Below are positions 54,172 to 64,000 of a DNA stretch of 64,000 nucleotides, piece by piece (position 1 is the first letter of the stretch; every line of letters starts with the position of its first letter). Location of the stretch: the IMG/VR virus record IMGVR_UViG_3300032320_002249, positions 1 to 64,000 of that record. One strand, given 5' to 3'. The notes beneath the pieces are model-generated. The model ran no database searches. It worked only from the letters and a program-made list of their open reading frames with translations, and was not told the origin of the DNA. A program made the position numbers and the translations under genes. Source of the DNA: a virus (taxonomy: Duplodnaviria; Caudoviricetes).

Positions 54172-57100
54172 ATGATCTCAACTGGGTTTGAACAAAAAGT
54201 AAAAATTCAACAAATAATAGAAAGTCAATTTCCAGAATTTGTAGTAACAGAGAGTCCAAATGCTGTTGAATTTTTAAGGCAATATTATATTTCCCAGGAG
54301 TATCAGAGTGGTCCAATTGATCTTGCCGATAATTTAGATCAGTACTTAAAACTAGACAATATAACACCAGAAGTTATTATTGGAGAAACAGTTTTATCCC
54401 AGTCAATAACAAGTTCTTCTAGTGTAATTCAGGTTGGAACAACAAAAGGATTTCCAAATGAATACGGATTGTTAAAAATAGATGATGAGATTATAACTTA
54501 TACAGGAATAACCACTAATACATTTACAGGATGTATTAGGGGATTCAGTGGCATTTCAAGCTATAAGTCTCCATCAAATCCAGGAGAATTAGTATTTGAG
54601 AGCACCGAGGCATCAGCTCACTCTCAAAATAGTAAAGTTTATAATTTAAGCTCCTTATTCTTAAAAGAATTTTACAAAAAAATTAAATATACTCTTACTC
54701 CAGGGTTTGAAAACATCGACTTAGTACCTCAATTGAATGTAAACACATTCATTAAAGAGTCAAAGAGTTTTTATCGTTCAAAAGGGACCGAAGAATCCTT
54801 TAAAATTCTTTTCAGAGTTCTCTTTGGAATTGATCCAAAGGTAGTAGATTTAGAGCAATTCTTAATAAAGCCATCATCTGCCGGGTATTTAAGAAGAAAT
54901 ATTCTTTTTGCAGAAAGAATCTCTGGAGATCCTGCAAAATTGGCAGGTCAAACACTATATAAATCAAATAATTTATCTGCCCAGGTAACTATTTCTGAGG
55001 TGGAAATTTTAACAAGAAATAATAAAACCTATTATAAGCTATATGCCTTCATAGGATATGATGGCGAAGAATCCTTGTCGCAAGAATTTTCTGCAACAGG
55101 AAAAACAAAGGTTGTTCAGTCTGTTTCTTCTAATTCATCCACAATTACTGTTGATTCCACTATAGGATTTGCCTATTCTGGAAAAATTTCTTATGGTTTA
55201 ACCATAATCTCATACACCTCAAAAAGTTTAAATCAATTTTTTGGATGTTCAGGAATACCTACCCTTGGATTGAATACTGCAGACACCCTAATATCAACAG
55301 ATACTGCTTTTGGTTATGAAAATGGGGACATAACAAAGAAAGTAGAATTGCGTCTTTGTTCTGTAATTTCTAAATTTGTTCCAACCTTAAATAACTATCT
55401 TTTTAACGAAAATGATGAGATAAAAATAAAAAATTTAGGTAAATCCTTGTATGATTCTGGTGAAAGTGACTATGATAAGGTCTTCTCTTCTTCTTGGATA
55501 TACAATACTTGCAATAGATTTTTTATCAAATCTATAAACGGTTCTTCCTTTACATTATACAATCCATTAGAAAAGTATGACTTAACTATAGGAGATCGTG
55601 TTGACATAGTTTCTAGAGGATCTACCCAAATTATCGTAGAAAATGCCCTAGTTTCTTCAATATCACCAGACAAGTTAGTAGTTGGACTTACATATTCTGT
55701 TAATGCGGTTTTTGCAACAGAACAAGAATATGACATAAGAAGAAAGCATGTATTTGCCAGCAGCTCTGGTGAACCTATTTTGCAAGGAAACTCAACTGTA
55801 TCTGCAAATATTCAAAATGTCTATCTTGACAATGAAAACTTTTATGTTGCATCTAATTCTTTACCATCTTCTGAAATAACAACAAATGTTTCAAAAGTAG
55901 TTTTTGATAATGAATTAGACTATCAAATTATAGACTCTAAAATAATTTGCGAAAATCCTATTCCATTTTTAAGTGGAGATAGGGTGTATTATACTCATAC
56001 AGGAACACCTATAAATGGTTTGGCAGAAGGATTTTATTATGTTTATGTTGTAGATTCTTACAAAAAAGAGCTTAGACTTTATTATTCTAATTTATTGATT
56101 GGATCTAGCAATTATATCTCTATCTCAAAAAATTCCAATGGGGTTCATTCCTTCAAACTATACAATCAAAAAAATAATTATATTGCCCCACAAAAGTTAT
56201 TAAAGAAGTTCTCTAGAACTCAAAATATTAAGAATAGTATAACACCAGATACAACTCCAGGTACTATTGGAATGATGATTGATGGCGTTGAAATATTAAA
56301 CTATAAATCTAATGATAAAGTTTACTATGGACCTCTTGATAAAATCAATGTAATAAATGGTGGAAGTGGCTATGACATTATTAGTCCTCCAATTATAGAA
56401 ATTGGCGGACCTTCTGTAGGAAATACTGCATACTGTCAACCAATCTTAAGAGGAAATATTAAAAATGTATTGGTAGATCCTCAGAATTTTGATATAGAAA
56501 AAGTTCTTTCAATTTCCGTGACTGGTGGAAACGGATCTAGTGCAATTTTAGATGCAATTGTTGACAAACAATATAGAGAAGTATCTTTTGATGCTAGAAT
56601 AACCAGTGCTGGTGGTGGAGTGGGAGTAACTTCCGAAGCTACCCCAACAAGTGATGAAGAGACAATCACATTTTTAGAAGACCATAATTTTAGAAACGGC
56701 GAAGCAATTGTTTATAATTCTAATGGAAATGTTCCTCTTGGAGTATCTACATTCAAGGGATCAAATTCAATAGAAAATAATAATTTAGTAAACGGGGTAG
56801 TATATTACTCTTCTTTTGTTAATAGCAAAACAATAAAATTATACCCAACAGAAGAAGATTACATTGCAGGAATCAATACTGTAGGATTTAGTACATTTAA
56901 CACTAGAGGAATTCATAAATTTAGAACTTTTCTACCAAAAAATAGACTAAAAGATATAAAAGTAGTAAATCCTGGCTTTAATTATGAAAATAGATTGTTG
57001 AGAGTGTCGCCATCTGGCATTTCAACAACAAACAATTTAATTGAATACAAGAATCATGGATTTAGTTCCGGTGAAAAGGTCATCTATTCATCAACTGGAA

Positions 57101-60100
57101 CCATTGCGTCTCCACTTGTCAATCAAAATGAATACATCATCATCAAAATAAGTGATGATGCATTTAGAGTTTGCAGTGGCCTCGATAATTATATAAGAAA
57201 TGACTATGTAAAACTATCTTCAATAGGTTCGGGCTATCATACATTCAAATATCCTGAAATTCAGGTAAATGTTCTTGTTCAGCACGAAAACGGAGTGGGA
57301 ATAATTACCGCTACACCGATTGTTAGAGGTGAAATTGTAGGTGCTTATTTGTATGTAGGTGGTAGTAACTACGGATCAGTTAATATAAACACCCATAAAA
57401 AGCCAACTATTACCGTAAAAAGAGGTAAAAATGCCCAATTAAAGGCAAATATAATAGGTGGAAAGATAGTAGATGTTCAAATACTCAATAAGGGTCAGGA
57501 CTATTATACTATTCCAGATCTAGTTGTGGAAGGTGCTGGAAGTGGTGCAAAATTAAGGGCTGTAATAAATCAAGGAAAGATTGAAAACATTATTATTATA
57601 GATTCTGGTGCATATTACGATAGTAATACTAAAATAACCTTAGTTGAACCTGGAATTGGTGTAAAATTAGACCCAGAAGTAAGATCCTTAACTGTAAATT
57701 ACTGTTATAACAATAATGGCGATATTTTACAAGATAGCGATGAGAATTTAAAGTATAATAGATTATCATATGATGTTGATTTATTCAATGAAAGTCCTAA
57801 TTCTCATTCTAGTATAATAGGATGGGCTTATGATGGGAATCCAATTTACGGACCATATGGATATTCTACAGCATTTTCAACATTACAATTAAAAAAATTA
57901 AATTCTGGATATACTTTAGACTCATCTTCTGTGACCAACAGACCATCAAACTATCCAGACGGATTTTTTGTAGAAGATTATAAATTCGTTGGGGGCGACT
58001 TAGATGAATATAATGGTAGATATTGCGTAACCCCAGAATTTAAAAATGGTGTTTATGCATATTTTGCTGCTATTGATAGTCAAAATCAGCCAATTTTCCC
58101 ATATTTTATAGGAAACAAGTACCGTTCTAACCTTATAAATCAAGCTGGCTTGAATCAAGAATTTAATTTTGTAAATTCTGATTTGATACGAAATACTCAT
58201 CCTTATGGGGTAGACAATGAATATGAGTACAATGAGTTTATTCAAGAAACTAATAAATTTATTGCTCAAAATTCTACAATTAAATCTACTTCTACAGGCT
58301 CTATAGACAATATTAAAATTGTTTCTAGAGGAGATAATTATAAAGTCGGAGACCTAATAAAATTCGAAGATATATCTTCTGGATCAGCTAGTGCTTATGT
58401 TTCTTATGTAAATGGTAAGGAAGTTGAAAAAATAGAAACAACTGCGAAAATCTATGATAATTCCGTTTTAATATGGAAGCCTGATGGAATTTTTGTAAGA
58501 ACATCTACTCCTCATTTATTCAATGATAATGATCGCATTATTGTTTCTGGAGTATCTACTTATATTCCAAAACTAACAAAATATCAAAAAATAAACAATA
58601 AAACCGAGTCTACTATATTATTAAAGAACGTATCTAGCTCAGCGGGTACTACGGACATTTATGTGTCTTCTATTCTACCTTCAGTATCAGCTGGTTCTTC
58701 AATCAAGTTAGAGAATGAAGTGGCAACTGTTTTAGCCGTATATCCAGAAAAATCTGTAATGAGAATTCAAAGATACTCTGGAGCAGTAGGACATACTACT
58801 TCATCTCAGGTAACTCTTTTAAATGATTCTTTTACTATTCCATTAACAACAAAAAGTTTTACTTCCTACTTAGATTCAACAGTATATTTTAATCCATTTA
58901 ATTCTGTAGGATTTGGAACAACTGTAGGAATTTCATCAAGTTTAATTTATTCTATTGGTGAATCACAGAGTAATATTTCTGTTCCACATGGTAGCATATA
59001 TATTCCTAATCACCAATTTAACAACAATGAGAAAGTTGCTTTAACTATTCCAGTTGGAGGAACCCTAGTTGTATATGAAGAAGGTAAGGGCCAATACAAC
59101 ATTCCAAATACATTGTATGTTACAAATAAATCTAAAGATTTTATAGGAATAAAAACAACAGTTTCTGGTAATGAAGTATTCTTTGCAAGTAGTTCTTTAA
59201 ATTCTAATTTATATAAATTAAAAACAGATAGAACCAAGGTATATGGAACTGTTGAACAATTATACAGTACCATCACCACCATTGAATCCCATCAATTACA
59301 AAAAAATGATGTTATTAAATTAGAAGTAAATCCAAATACCACCGTGGGTATTGGAACTTCTACAAAAATTAATCTATCATATAACTCAACATTAGATAAA
59401 ATATTAGCAAATAAGGTTTATTTTAGTAATTCTGGAGTTTCTACTTCATCTAATTCTATTAATATTCCTAACCATCAGTTTAATTCGGGAGATAAGGTTT
59501 ACTATAATTCCGATAATACTGTAATGTCTGGAGTTTCTACCGGGGTTTATTATGTGTATGTTTCAAGTGAAAATCTCATAAAATTGTGTAAAACCTATGT
59601 AGATTCAGCATCTATTCCTACAAATGAGGTATCTTTATTATCCCAAGGAGGCTCATTGCAGCATTTGACATTGGTATCACCTAGAATCAATGTATTTGGA
59701 AAAAATAGTCTGAAGTTCGATCTTAGCGATGCTAGTCTTGCTAATAAAGAATTAAAGTTCTTCCTAGATAGAGAGTATAAAAACGAATTTGTATCGGTAG
59801 GATCATCTTCTAGTACTAATATCTTGAGTATTGGAACTATAGGTGTTAGCAATAATGCATCTGTTACTGTTTTATATAATGAAAATAATCCACCTGTACT
59901 TTACTATACTCTTAAAAAGTCGGATGGCTCTCTAGTTAGAGATATAGATTTAATAGATTACAACGAAATTTGCTATGAGAAAAGTTTTTATAATGGTTTT
60001 TACGATGTATTAAGTACTACAACAAATACTTTCTCTATCAATTTGTTGAATTATCCAGAATCATTTAACTACAATTCTACAAATTCTGAGATTACATATT

Positions 60101-63100
60101 CAACAAAGTCATTGATTGCAACTGGTGGAATTAGTGACACCATGTTCACAAGTAAAGGCTATAACTATAACAAAATACCTAAAATAGTATCCGTAGCGTC
60201 CACTCAGGGAAGTGGAGCAGAATTGATTGCGGAGTCGAAGTCTATTGGAAAGATACAAAAAGTAGCTATTTCTGATCCAGGTTATGATTTTGCTTCTGAT
60301 AGTACTCTAAAGCCAGAGGCACTTCTTCCATATGTTATAGAGTATTATAAATCTAATGAAGTTACCGATATTACCATCATAGATGGTGGTAAAAATTATG
60401 CATATGCACCTTCAATAGTTCTTTATGATAAAAATACTAATGAGGTAATAGCTTCAAACTATTTTACTACAAATATTTCTGGTAGTTCGATAAATTCTGT
60501 GACTTTAAATGGAACTCTAAGGGGTCTTTCATCAACAAATTATGAAGTATTTGCCGTAAACAATAGTAATGGAGTTGTGATAGAGTCTGCAACCCTTCAA
60601 GGAAACAATGTAACAGTAGAATGTAAGATAAGAACTCCTATTAATGGTTATACTACCGAGCCTTTTGATGTTAATGACAAGATTTTTGTCGAGGGATTCC
60701 CTGCTGGCAGTGGTTTCAATTCTGCTGACAATGATTATCAATTCTTTACAGTTGTATCATATACAAATGCGGGCACTCAGAACGACAGATACCTTACATA
60801 TGAGGTTCCTTCTGGAATTAATTACATACCTGTTGGGGTTACCACAAATACTAATTCTTATGCATCAGCTATAAACTACCAAAAATATCCAAAATTTAAA
60901 GTAGTTCAAAATTCTAGTTTAATAGAATTGGGTGAGAAATTAATTCTATCAAAAAATAATGAATTTATAACAACTGATCTAGAAGTAGTAGAGGTTGGTT
61001 CTAATTTTGTAAAGGTATTAGGAAATTATAAGCTTTCTTTAGGCGATAAAATTTCTACCAACATTAATGGTAGCGAATTCACCGTAAAAAATATTCTTAT
61101 AAATGAAGGTTATTATGAATTAGGATATTATGTCAATAAAAATCTTGGATGGAGCGACAACATAGGATTTTTAAATGATGAGACTCAGGTATTACCTGAT
61201 AATGATTACTATCAGAATCTTTCATATACTATTAAGAGTCCAATAAAATTTAATGACTTCATAGGTCCAGTAAATTCATTAGTACACCCATCTGGAACTA
61301 AGAATTTTGCTGATGTTGGAATAGAAACTTCTAAGGCATTATCAAATACTGCTATAGATTCTATCGTTGTTTCTAGATATGATATTATAGAAAATAGTAG
61401 AGTTGATACTCTTTATAATTATGATTTTGTTTATGATTTTAATGTAGAAAATAATAAATCAAAATATCTAGAATTTGTAAATAGAAGACTTACTGATTAC
61501 ATTGATTGTAAAACAAATAAAGTAATTATTATAGATGACATAAGCCCTAACTTTAATGGAATCACAACTCATTTTGCATTAACAGAAAAGGGTGACCCTA
61601 TTACTGGAATTAGAACTGATAATACTTTAATCGCTATAAATGGTGTAACACAATATCCACTTTCTTATAGTGCAATAAATTATAATTTAACCAGTGCTGT
61701 AAATAATTCCATTAGATACTTGTCAGTTTCAGGAATTTCTTCGGTTTATTCAAATAGTATTTTAAAAATAGACAATGAGTATGTCCAAGTGACTTCAGTT
61801 GGCGTTGGAACTACTACAAATGGACCTATTTCTGAGACTGGAGACTATTATGATACTCTGCCATCTGGTAAATATTATCTATTTGAGGTAGATAGAGGAT
61901 TTTTTGGATCTACTGCCGCATCCCATTTAATAAATTCTTCTGTTAGAGTTTATAATGGAAATTATAACATAGTAAACAGTACAATATATTTTAGCAGTCC
62001 TCCAGCAGGTTCTTCTTCTGGCGAGATCGGTGAAACTGGAATAAAATATCCAAATGCCGTTTTTGATGGAAGAGTTTATCAACAATTTAGCTATAACAAC
62101 AACTTAATATATGATGATATATCATATAAATTTGATGGTATCACCGATACATTTACTATAACCAAAAATGGAACAAATGTAACAGGAATTACTACTGGAA
62201 ATGGTCTAGTTTTCATTAATGGAATATTCCAGAATCCAACTACCTCAAACAATTCTGATAATTCTTACAATTTTATAGAAAATGCAGGAATATCTAGTAT
62301 AGTTTTTAGTGGTGCAGTAAATCCGGAAACATCTACCAAGTATGTTTCTAGTTCTGATGTAAATAGAAATCAATTGCCTAAGGGTGGCATAATCGTGTCC
62401 TTTGGATTTACTGGTGGTTTGGGGTATGCTCCTTTGGTTGGTGCATCCGTAACCGCAGTGACCTCTGGCGGCGCCATAGTGGCGGTTGGATTGGGTTCTA
62501 CGGACATTCTAGGCTCTGGATACAATGCGCCTGCTGCAGTCGCTGTGAGAGACCTTGGAGGAAATGGTGCCGGGGCTGTCATTACTACCAATGTTGGTTT
62601 AGGAGGAACCCTATCATTCAATATAAGCAATGGTGGCTCTAATTATGTCAGACCTATTTTAGATATTTCTGCACCTTCATATTCACTATTACCTGTTACA
62701 GGAATATCAAGAAAAGGTGTTGGATTAACTACTCAAACCGGGTTGGGACTATTGCTCAATGTAGAAGTTGAGGCATCAAATGAGGTTGGTATAGGTTCCA
62801 CCTTATTTGCTGTTAAGAACATAGATATAGCGAGACCTGGATATGCATTTAAAGCCGGTGATGTATTCAGACCAGTTGGATTAGTTACTGCTAAAGGATT
62901 AAATAGTCCAATTGAAGAATTAAAATTAACAGTTTTAAGCACTTATAATGATAATTTTGCATCCTGGCAATTTGGTGAACTTGATTATATTGATTCTATT
63001 AAATCAAAGCAAAATGGAGTAAGAAAACGTTTCCCTCTTTATTACAAGGAAGAACTATTGAGCTTTGAAACCGATAATCCAGAAATAGATCTTTCTGCAG

Positions 63101-64000
63101 TATTAGTGATTTTCATTAACGGTGTTTTACAGACACCTAATAAAAATTATACATTTAAGGGCGGAACATCTTTTAACTTTATATCTGCACCATCTTCAAA
63201 TGATATTGTTGATATATTCTTCTATAAAGGTACATCTGGCGTTGATTCTATTTTAGCAAATGGATCATCTGATGTAAAAATAGGAGATGAGGTGAAGGTA
63301 AAAGCTAACCCAGATATTTTAGGAACTATTGAGCAAAGCAATAGAACAATTTATGAATATAGCTCCAAGAGTATTGAAACCAATTTATACTACGGGGCCG
63401 GAATTGATAGTGAAAATCCTAAACCAATTGATTACATTAAACAAAAAGTTGATACTACAATTAATGGAGAACTTGTCTATAAATCAAGAGATTCTCTAGA
63501 AGGATTAATATTCCCAACTGCTAGAATAATTAAAAATTTCAATTCTGCAGATACTATTTTATATGTTGATAATGCAAGCATATTTGCATATGATGAATTG
63601 GCACCTTCTACCCAAGAATTTGATTGTTTTATAACTAATTCAGTAGAACCAGTTGCAGCAGGTTTTTCTGCTGTAGTGTCTGCTGCTGGAACTATTCAGT
63701 CTATTCTTGTATTGAATGGTGGTTCTGGTTATTCTGGAGTTTCTACATCTGTTAAAATTTCTAAGCCAAAATTAATTGGCGTGGGAATTGGAACCACTGC
63801 AACTGCTACTGCAACTATTGTTAATGGTTCTATTACCAATGTTTCCATAAACAATCCAGGATTTGGTTACACTACATCTATTCTACCACAAGTAATAGCA
63901 TCAAAGTCCTCTGGAAAATACTCTAGTATAAAAAATGCTAATGTTGTCAAATCATACACTGGAATAGTTACTGCAATAGAACCATCGACAGGTATTGGCG
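54172..64000 (+). CDS. gp7: Baseplate wedge initiator gp7-like giant protein (partial, runs off the window end)
   Basis: MISTGFEQKVKIQQIIESQFPEF start after gp6; spot checks found the frame open to 64000 and the ORF track lists no stop; FYRSKGT, GWAYDGNPIYGP, LPDNDYYQxxSY, HPSG motifs. Confidence 0.9.
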   Translation, partial: MISTGFEQKVKIQQIIESQFPEFVVTESPNAVEFLRQYYISQEYQSGPIDLADNLDQYLKLDNITPEVIIGETVLSQSITSSSSVIQVGTTKGFPNEYGLLKIDDEIITYTGITTNTFTGCIRGFSGISSYKSPSNPGELVFESTEASAHSQNSKVYNLSSLFLKEFYKKIKYTLTPGFENIDLVPQLNVNTFIKESKSFYRSKGTEESFKILFRVLFGIDPKVVDLEQFLIKPSSAGYLRRNILFAERISGDPAKLAGQTLYKSNNLSAQVTISEVEILTRNNKTYYKLYAFIGYDGEESLSQEFSATGKTKVVQSVSSNSSTITVDSTIGFAYSGKISYGLTIISYTSKSLNQFFGCSGIPTLGLNTADTLISTDTAFGYENGDITKKVELRLCSVISKFVPTLNNYLFNENDEIKIKNLGKSLYDSGESDYDKVFSSSWIYNTCNRFFIKSINGSSFTLYNPLEKYDLTIGDRVDIVSRGSTQIIVENALVSSISPDKLVVGLTYSVNAVFATEQEYDIRRKHVFASSSGEPILQGNSTVSANIQNVYLDNENFYVASNSLPSSEITTNVSKVVFDNELDYQIIDSKIICENPIPFLSGDRVYYTHTGTPINGLAEGFYYVYVVDSYKKELRLYYSNLLIGSSNYISISKNSNGVHSFKLYNQKNNYIAPQKLLKKFSRTQNIKNSITPDTTPGTIGMMIDGVEILNYKSNDKVYYGPLDKINVINGGSGYDIISPPIIEIGGPSVGNTAYCQPILRGNIKNVLVDPQNFDIEKVLSISVTGGNGSSAILDAIVDKQYREVSFDARITSAGGGVGVTSEATPTSDEETITFLEDHNFRNGEAIVYNSNGNVPLGVSTFKGSNSIENNNLVNGVVYYSSFVNSKTIKLYPTEEDYIAGINTVGFSTFNTRGIHKFRTFLPKNRLKDIKVVNPGFNYENRLLRVSPSGISTTNNLIEYKNHGFSSGEKVIYSSTGTIASPLVNQNEYIIIKISDDAFRVCSGLDNYIRNDYVKLSSIGSGYHTFKYPEIQVNVLVQHENGVGIITATPIVRGEIVGAYLYVGGSNYGSVNINTHKKPTITVKRGKNAQLKANIIGGKIVDVQILNKGQDYYTIPDLVVEGAGSGAKLRAVINQGKIENIIIIDSGAYYDSNTKITLVEPGIGVKLDPEVRSLTVNYCYNNNGDILQDSDENLKYNRLSYDVDLFNESPNSHSSIIGWAYDGNPIYGPYGYSTAFSTLQLKKLNSGYTLDSSSVTNRPSNYPDGFFVEDYKFVGGDLDEYNGRYCVTPEFKNGVYAYFAAIDSQNQPIFPYFIGNKYRSNLINQAGLNQEFNFVNSDLIRNTHPYGVDNEYEYNEFIQETNKFIAQNSTIKSTSTGSIDNIKIVSRGDNYKVGDLIKFEDISSGSASAYVSYVNGKEVEKIETTAKIYDNSVLIWKPDGIFVRTSTPHLFNDNDRIIVSGVSTYIPKLTKYQKINNKTESTILLKNVSSSAGTTDIYVSSILPSVSAGSSIKLENEVATVLAVYPEKSVMRIQRYSGAVGHTTSSQVTLLNDSFTIPLTTKSFTSYLDSTVYFNPFNSVGFGTTVGISSSLIYSIGESQSNISVPHGSIYIPNHQFNNNEKVALTIPVGGTLVVYEEGKGQYNIPNTLYVTNKSKDFIGIKTTVSGNEVFFASSSLNSNLYKLKTDRTKVYGTVEQLYSTITTIESHQLQKNDVIKLEVNPNTTVGIGTSTKINLSYNSTLDKILANKVYFSNSGVSTSSNSINIPNHQFNSGDKVYYNSDNTVMSGVSTGVYYVYVSSENLIKLCKTYVDSASIPTNEVSLLSQGGSLQHLTLVSPRINVFGKNSLKFDLSDASLANKELKFFLDREYKNEFVSVGSSSSTNILSIGTIGVSNNASVTVLYNENNPPVLYYTLKKSDGSLVRDIDLIDYNEICYEKSFYNGFYDVLSTTTNTFSINLLNYPESFNYNSTNSEITYSTKSLIATGGISDTMFTSKGYNYNKIPKIVSVASTQGSGAELIAESKSIGKIQKVAISDPGYDFASDSTLKPEALLPYVIEYYKSNEVTDITIIDGGKNYAYAPSIVLYDKNTNEVIASNYFTTNISGSSINSVTLNGTLRGLSSTNYEVFAVNNSNGVVIESATLQGNNVTVECKIRTPINGYTTEPFDVNDKIFVEGFPAGSGFNSADNDYQFFTVVSYTNAGTQNDRYLTYEVPSGINYIPVGVTTNTNSYASAINYQKYPKFKVVQNSSLIELGEKLILSKNNEFITTDLEVVEVGSNFVKVLGNYKLSLGDKISTNINGSEFTVKNILINEGYYELGYYVNKNLGWSDNIGFLNDETQVLPDNDYYQNLSYTIKSPIKFNDFIGPVNSLVHPSGTKNFADVGIETSKALSNTAIDSIVVSRYDIIENSRVDTLYNYDFVYDFNVENNKSKYLEFVNRRLTDYIDCKTNKVIIIDDISPNFNGITTHFALTEKGDPITGIRTDNTLIAINGVTQYPLSYSAINYNLTSAVNNSIRYLSVSGISSVYSNSILKIDNEYVQVTSVGVGTTTNGPISETGDYYDTLPSGKYYLFEVDRGFFGSTAASHLINSSVRVYNGNYNIVNSTIYFSSPPAGSSSGEIGETGIKYPNAVFDGRVYQQFSYNNNLIYDDISYKFDGITDTFTITKNGTNVTGITTGNGLVFINGIFQNPTTSNNSDNSYNFIENAGISSIVFSGAVNPETSTKYVSSSDVNRNQLPKGGIIVSFGFTGGLGYAPLVGASVTAVTSGGAIVAVGLGSTDILGSGYNAPAAVAVRDLGGNGAGAVITTNVGLGGTLSFNISNGGSNYVRPILDISAPSYSLLPVTGISRKGVGLTTQTGLGLLLNVEVEASNEVGIGSTLFAVKNIDIARPGYAFKAGDVFRPVGLVTAKGLNSPIEELKLTVLSTYNDNFASWQFGELDYIDSIKSKQNGVRKRFPLYYKEELLSFETDNPEIDLSAVLVIFINGVLQTPNKNYTFKGGTSFNFISAPSSNDIVDIFFYKGTSGVDSILANGSSDVKIGDEVKVKANPDILGTIEQSNRTIYEYSSKSIETNLYYGAGIDSENPKPIDYIKQKVDTTINGELVYKSRDSLEGLIFPTARIIKNFNSADTILYVDNASIFAYDELAPSTQEFDCFITNSVEPVAAGFSAVVSAAGTIQSILVLNGGSGYSGVSTSVKISKPKLIGVGIGTTATATATIVNGSITNVSINNPGFGYTTSILPQVIASKSSGKYSSIKNANVVKSYTGIVTAIEPSTGIG

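Noticed and set aside
54155-62942. Short minus-strand ORFs and the 60644 + ORF, or an apparently non-coding 54-64 kb region
   Set aside because: The region is the gp7 ORF, omitted from the track because it has no stop inside the window

Overview
A 64 kb segment of an AT-rich T4-like cyanophage (myovirus) genome. Essentially all credible genes are on the + strand, and the window falls into five parts. (1) 0.5-16 kb: host-takeover and metabolic genes, including a CCA-adding/polyA-polymerase-family enzyme, CP12, a cyanobacterial-type EF-Ts, a DUF2828-like TROVE/vWA protein, PcfJ-like, an HD hydrolase, dNMP kinase, metallophosphoesterase, a membrane operon with a pilin-like gene, and DNA ligase. 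(2) 16-27.4 kb: a tandem array of 21 genes built from 26-aa LRV/HEAT-like repeats with a shared C-terminal cap, with ClpS and an NblA-like gene inside the array. (3) 27.4-29.5 kb: a late gene with a T4-type capsid-targeting sequence, followed by a TATAA tandem repeat. (4) 29.6-48.7 kb: about 45 small genes, most in cassettes with repeated promoter modules, plus tRNA-Leu(UAA), a candidate sRNA and a terminal palindrome cluster. (5) 48.9-64 kb: conserved cyanophage genes, speD, and baseplate gp25, gp6 and gp7; gp7 is open to the window end and missing from the ORF track. The top candidates for a new system are the LRV binder repertoire with its protease adaptors and the 10-4-10 inverted-repeat cassette architecture. 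All family assignments come from motif recognition by eye; no database searches were run.
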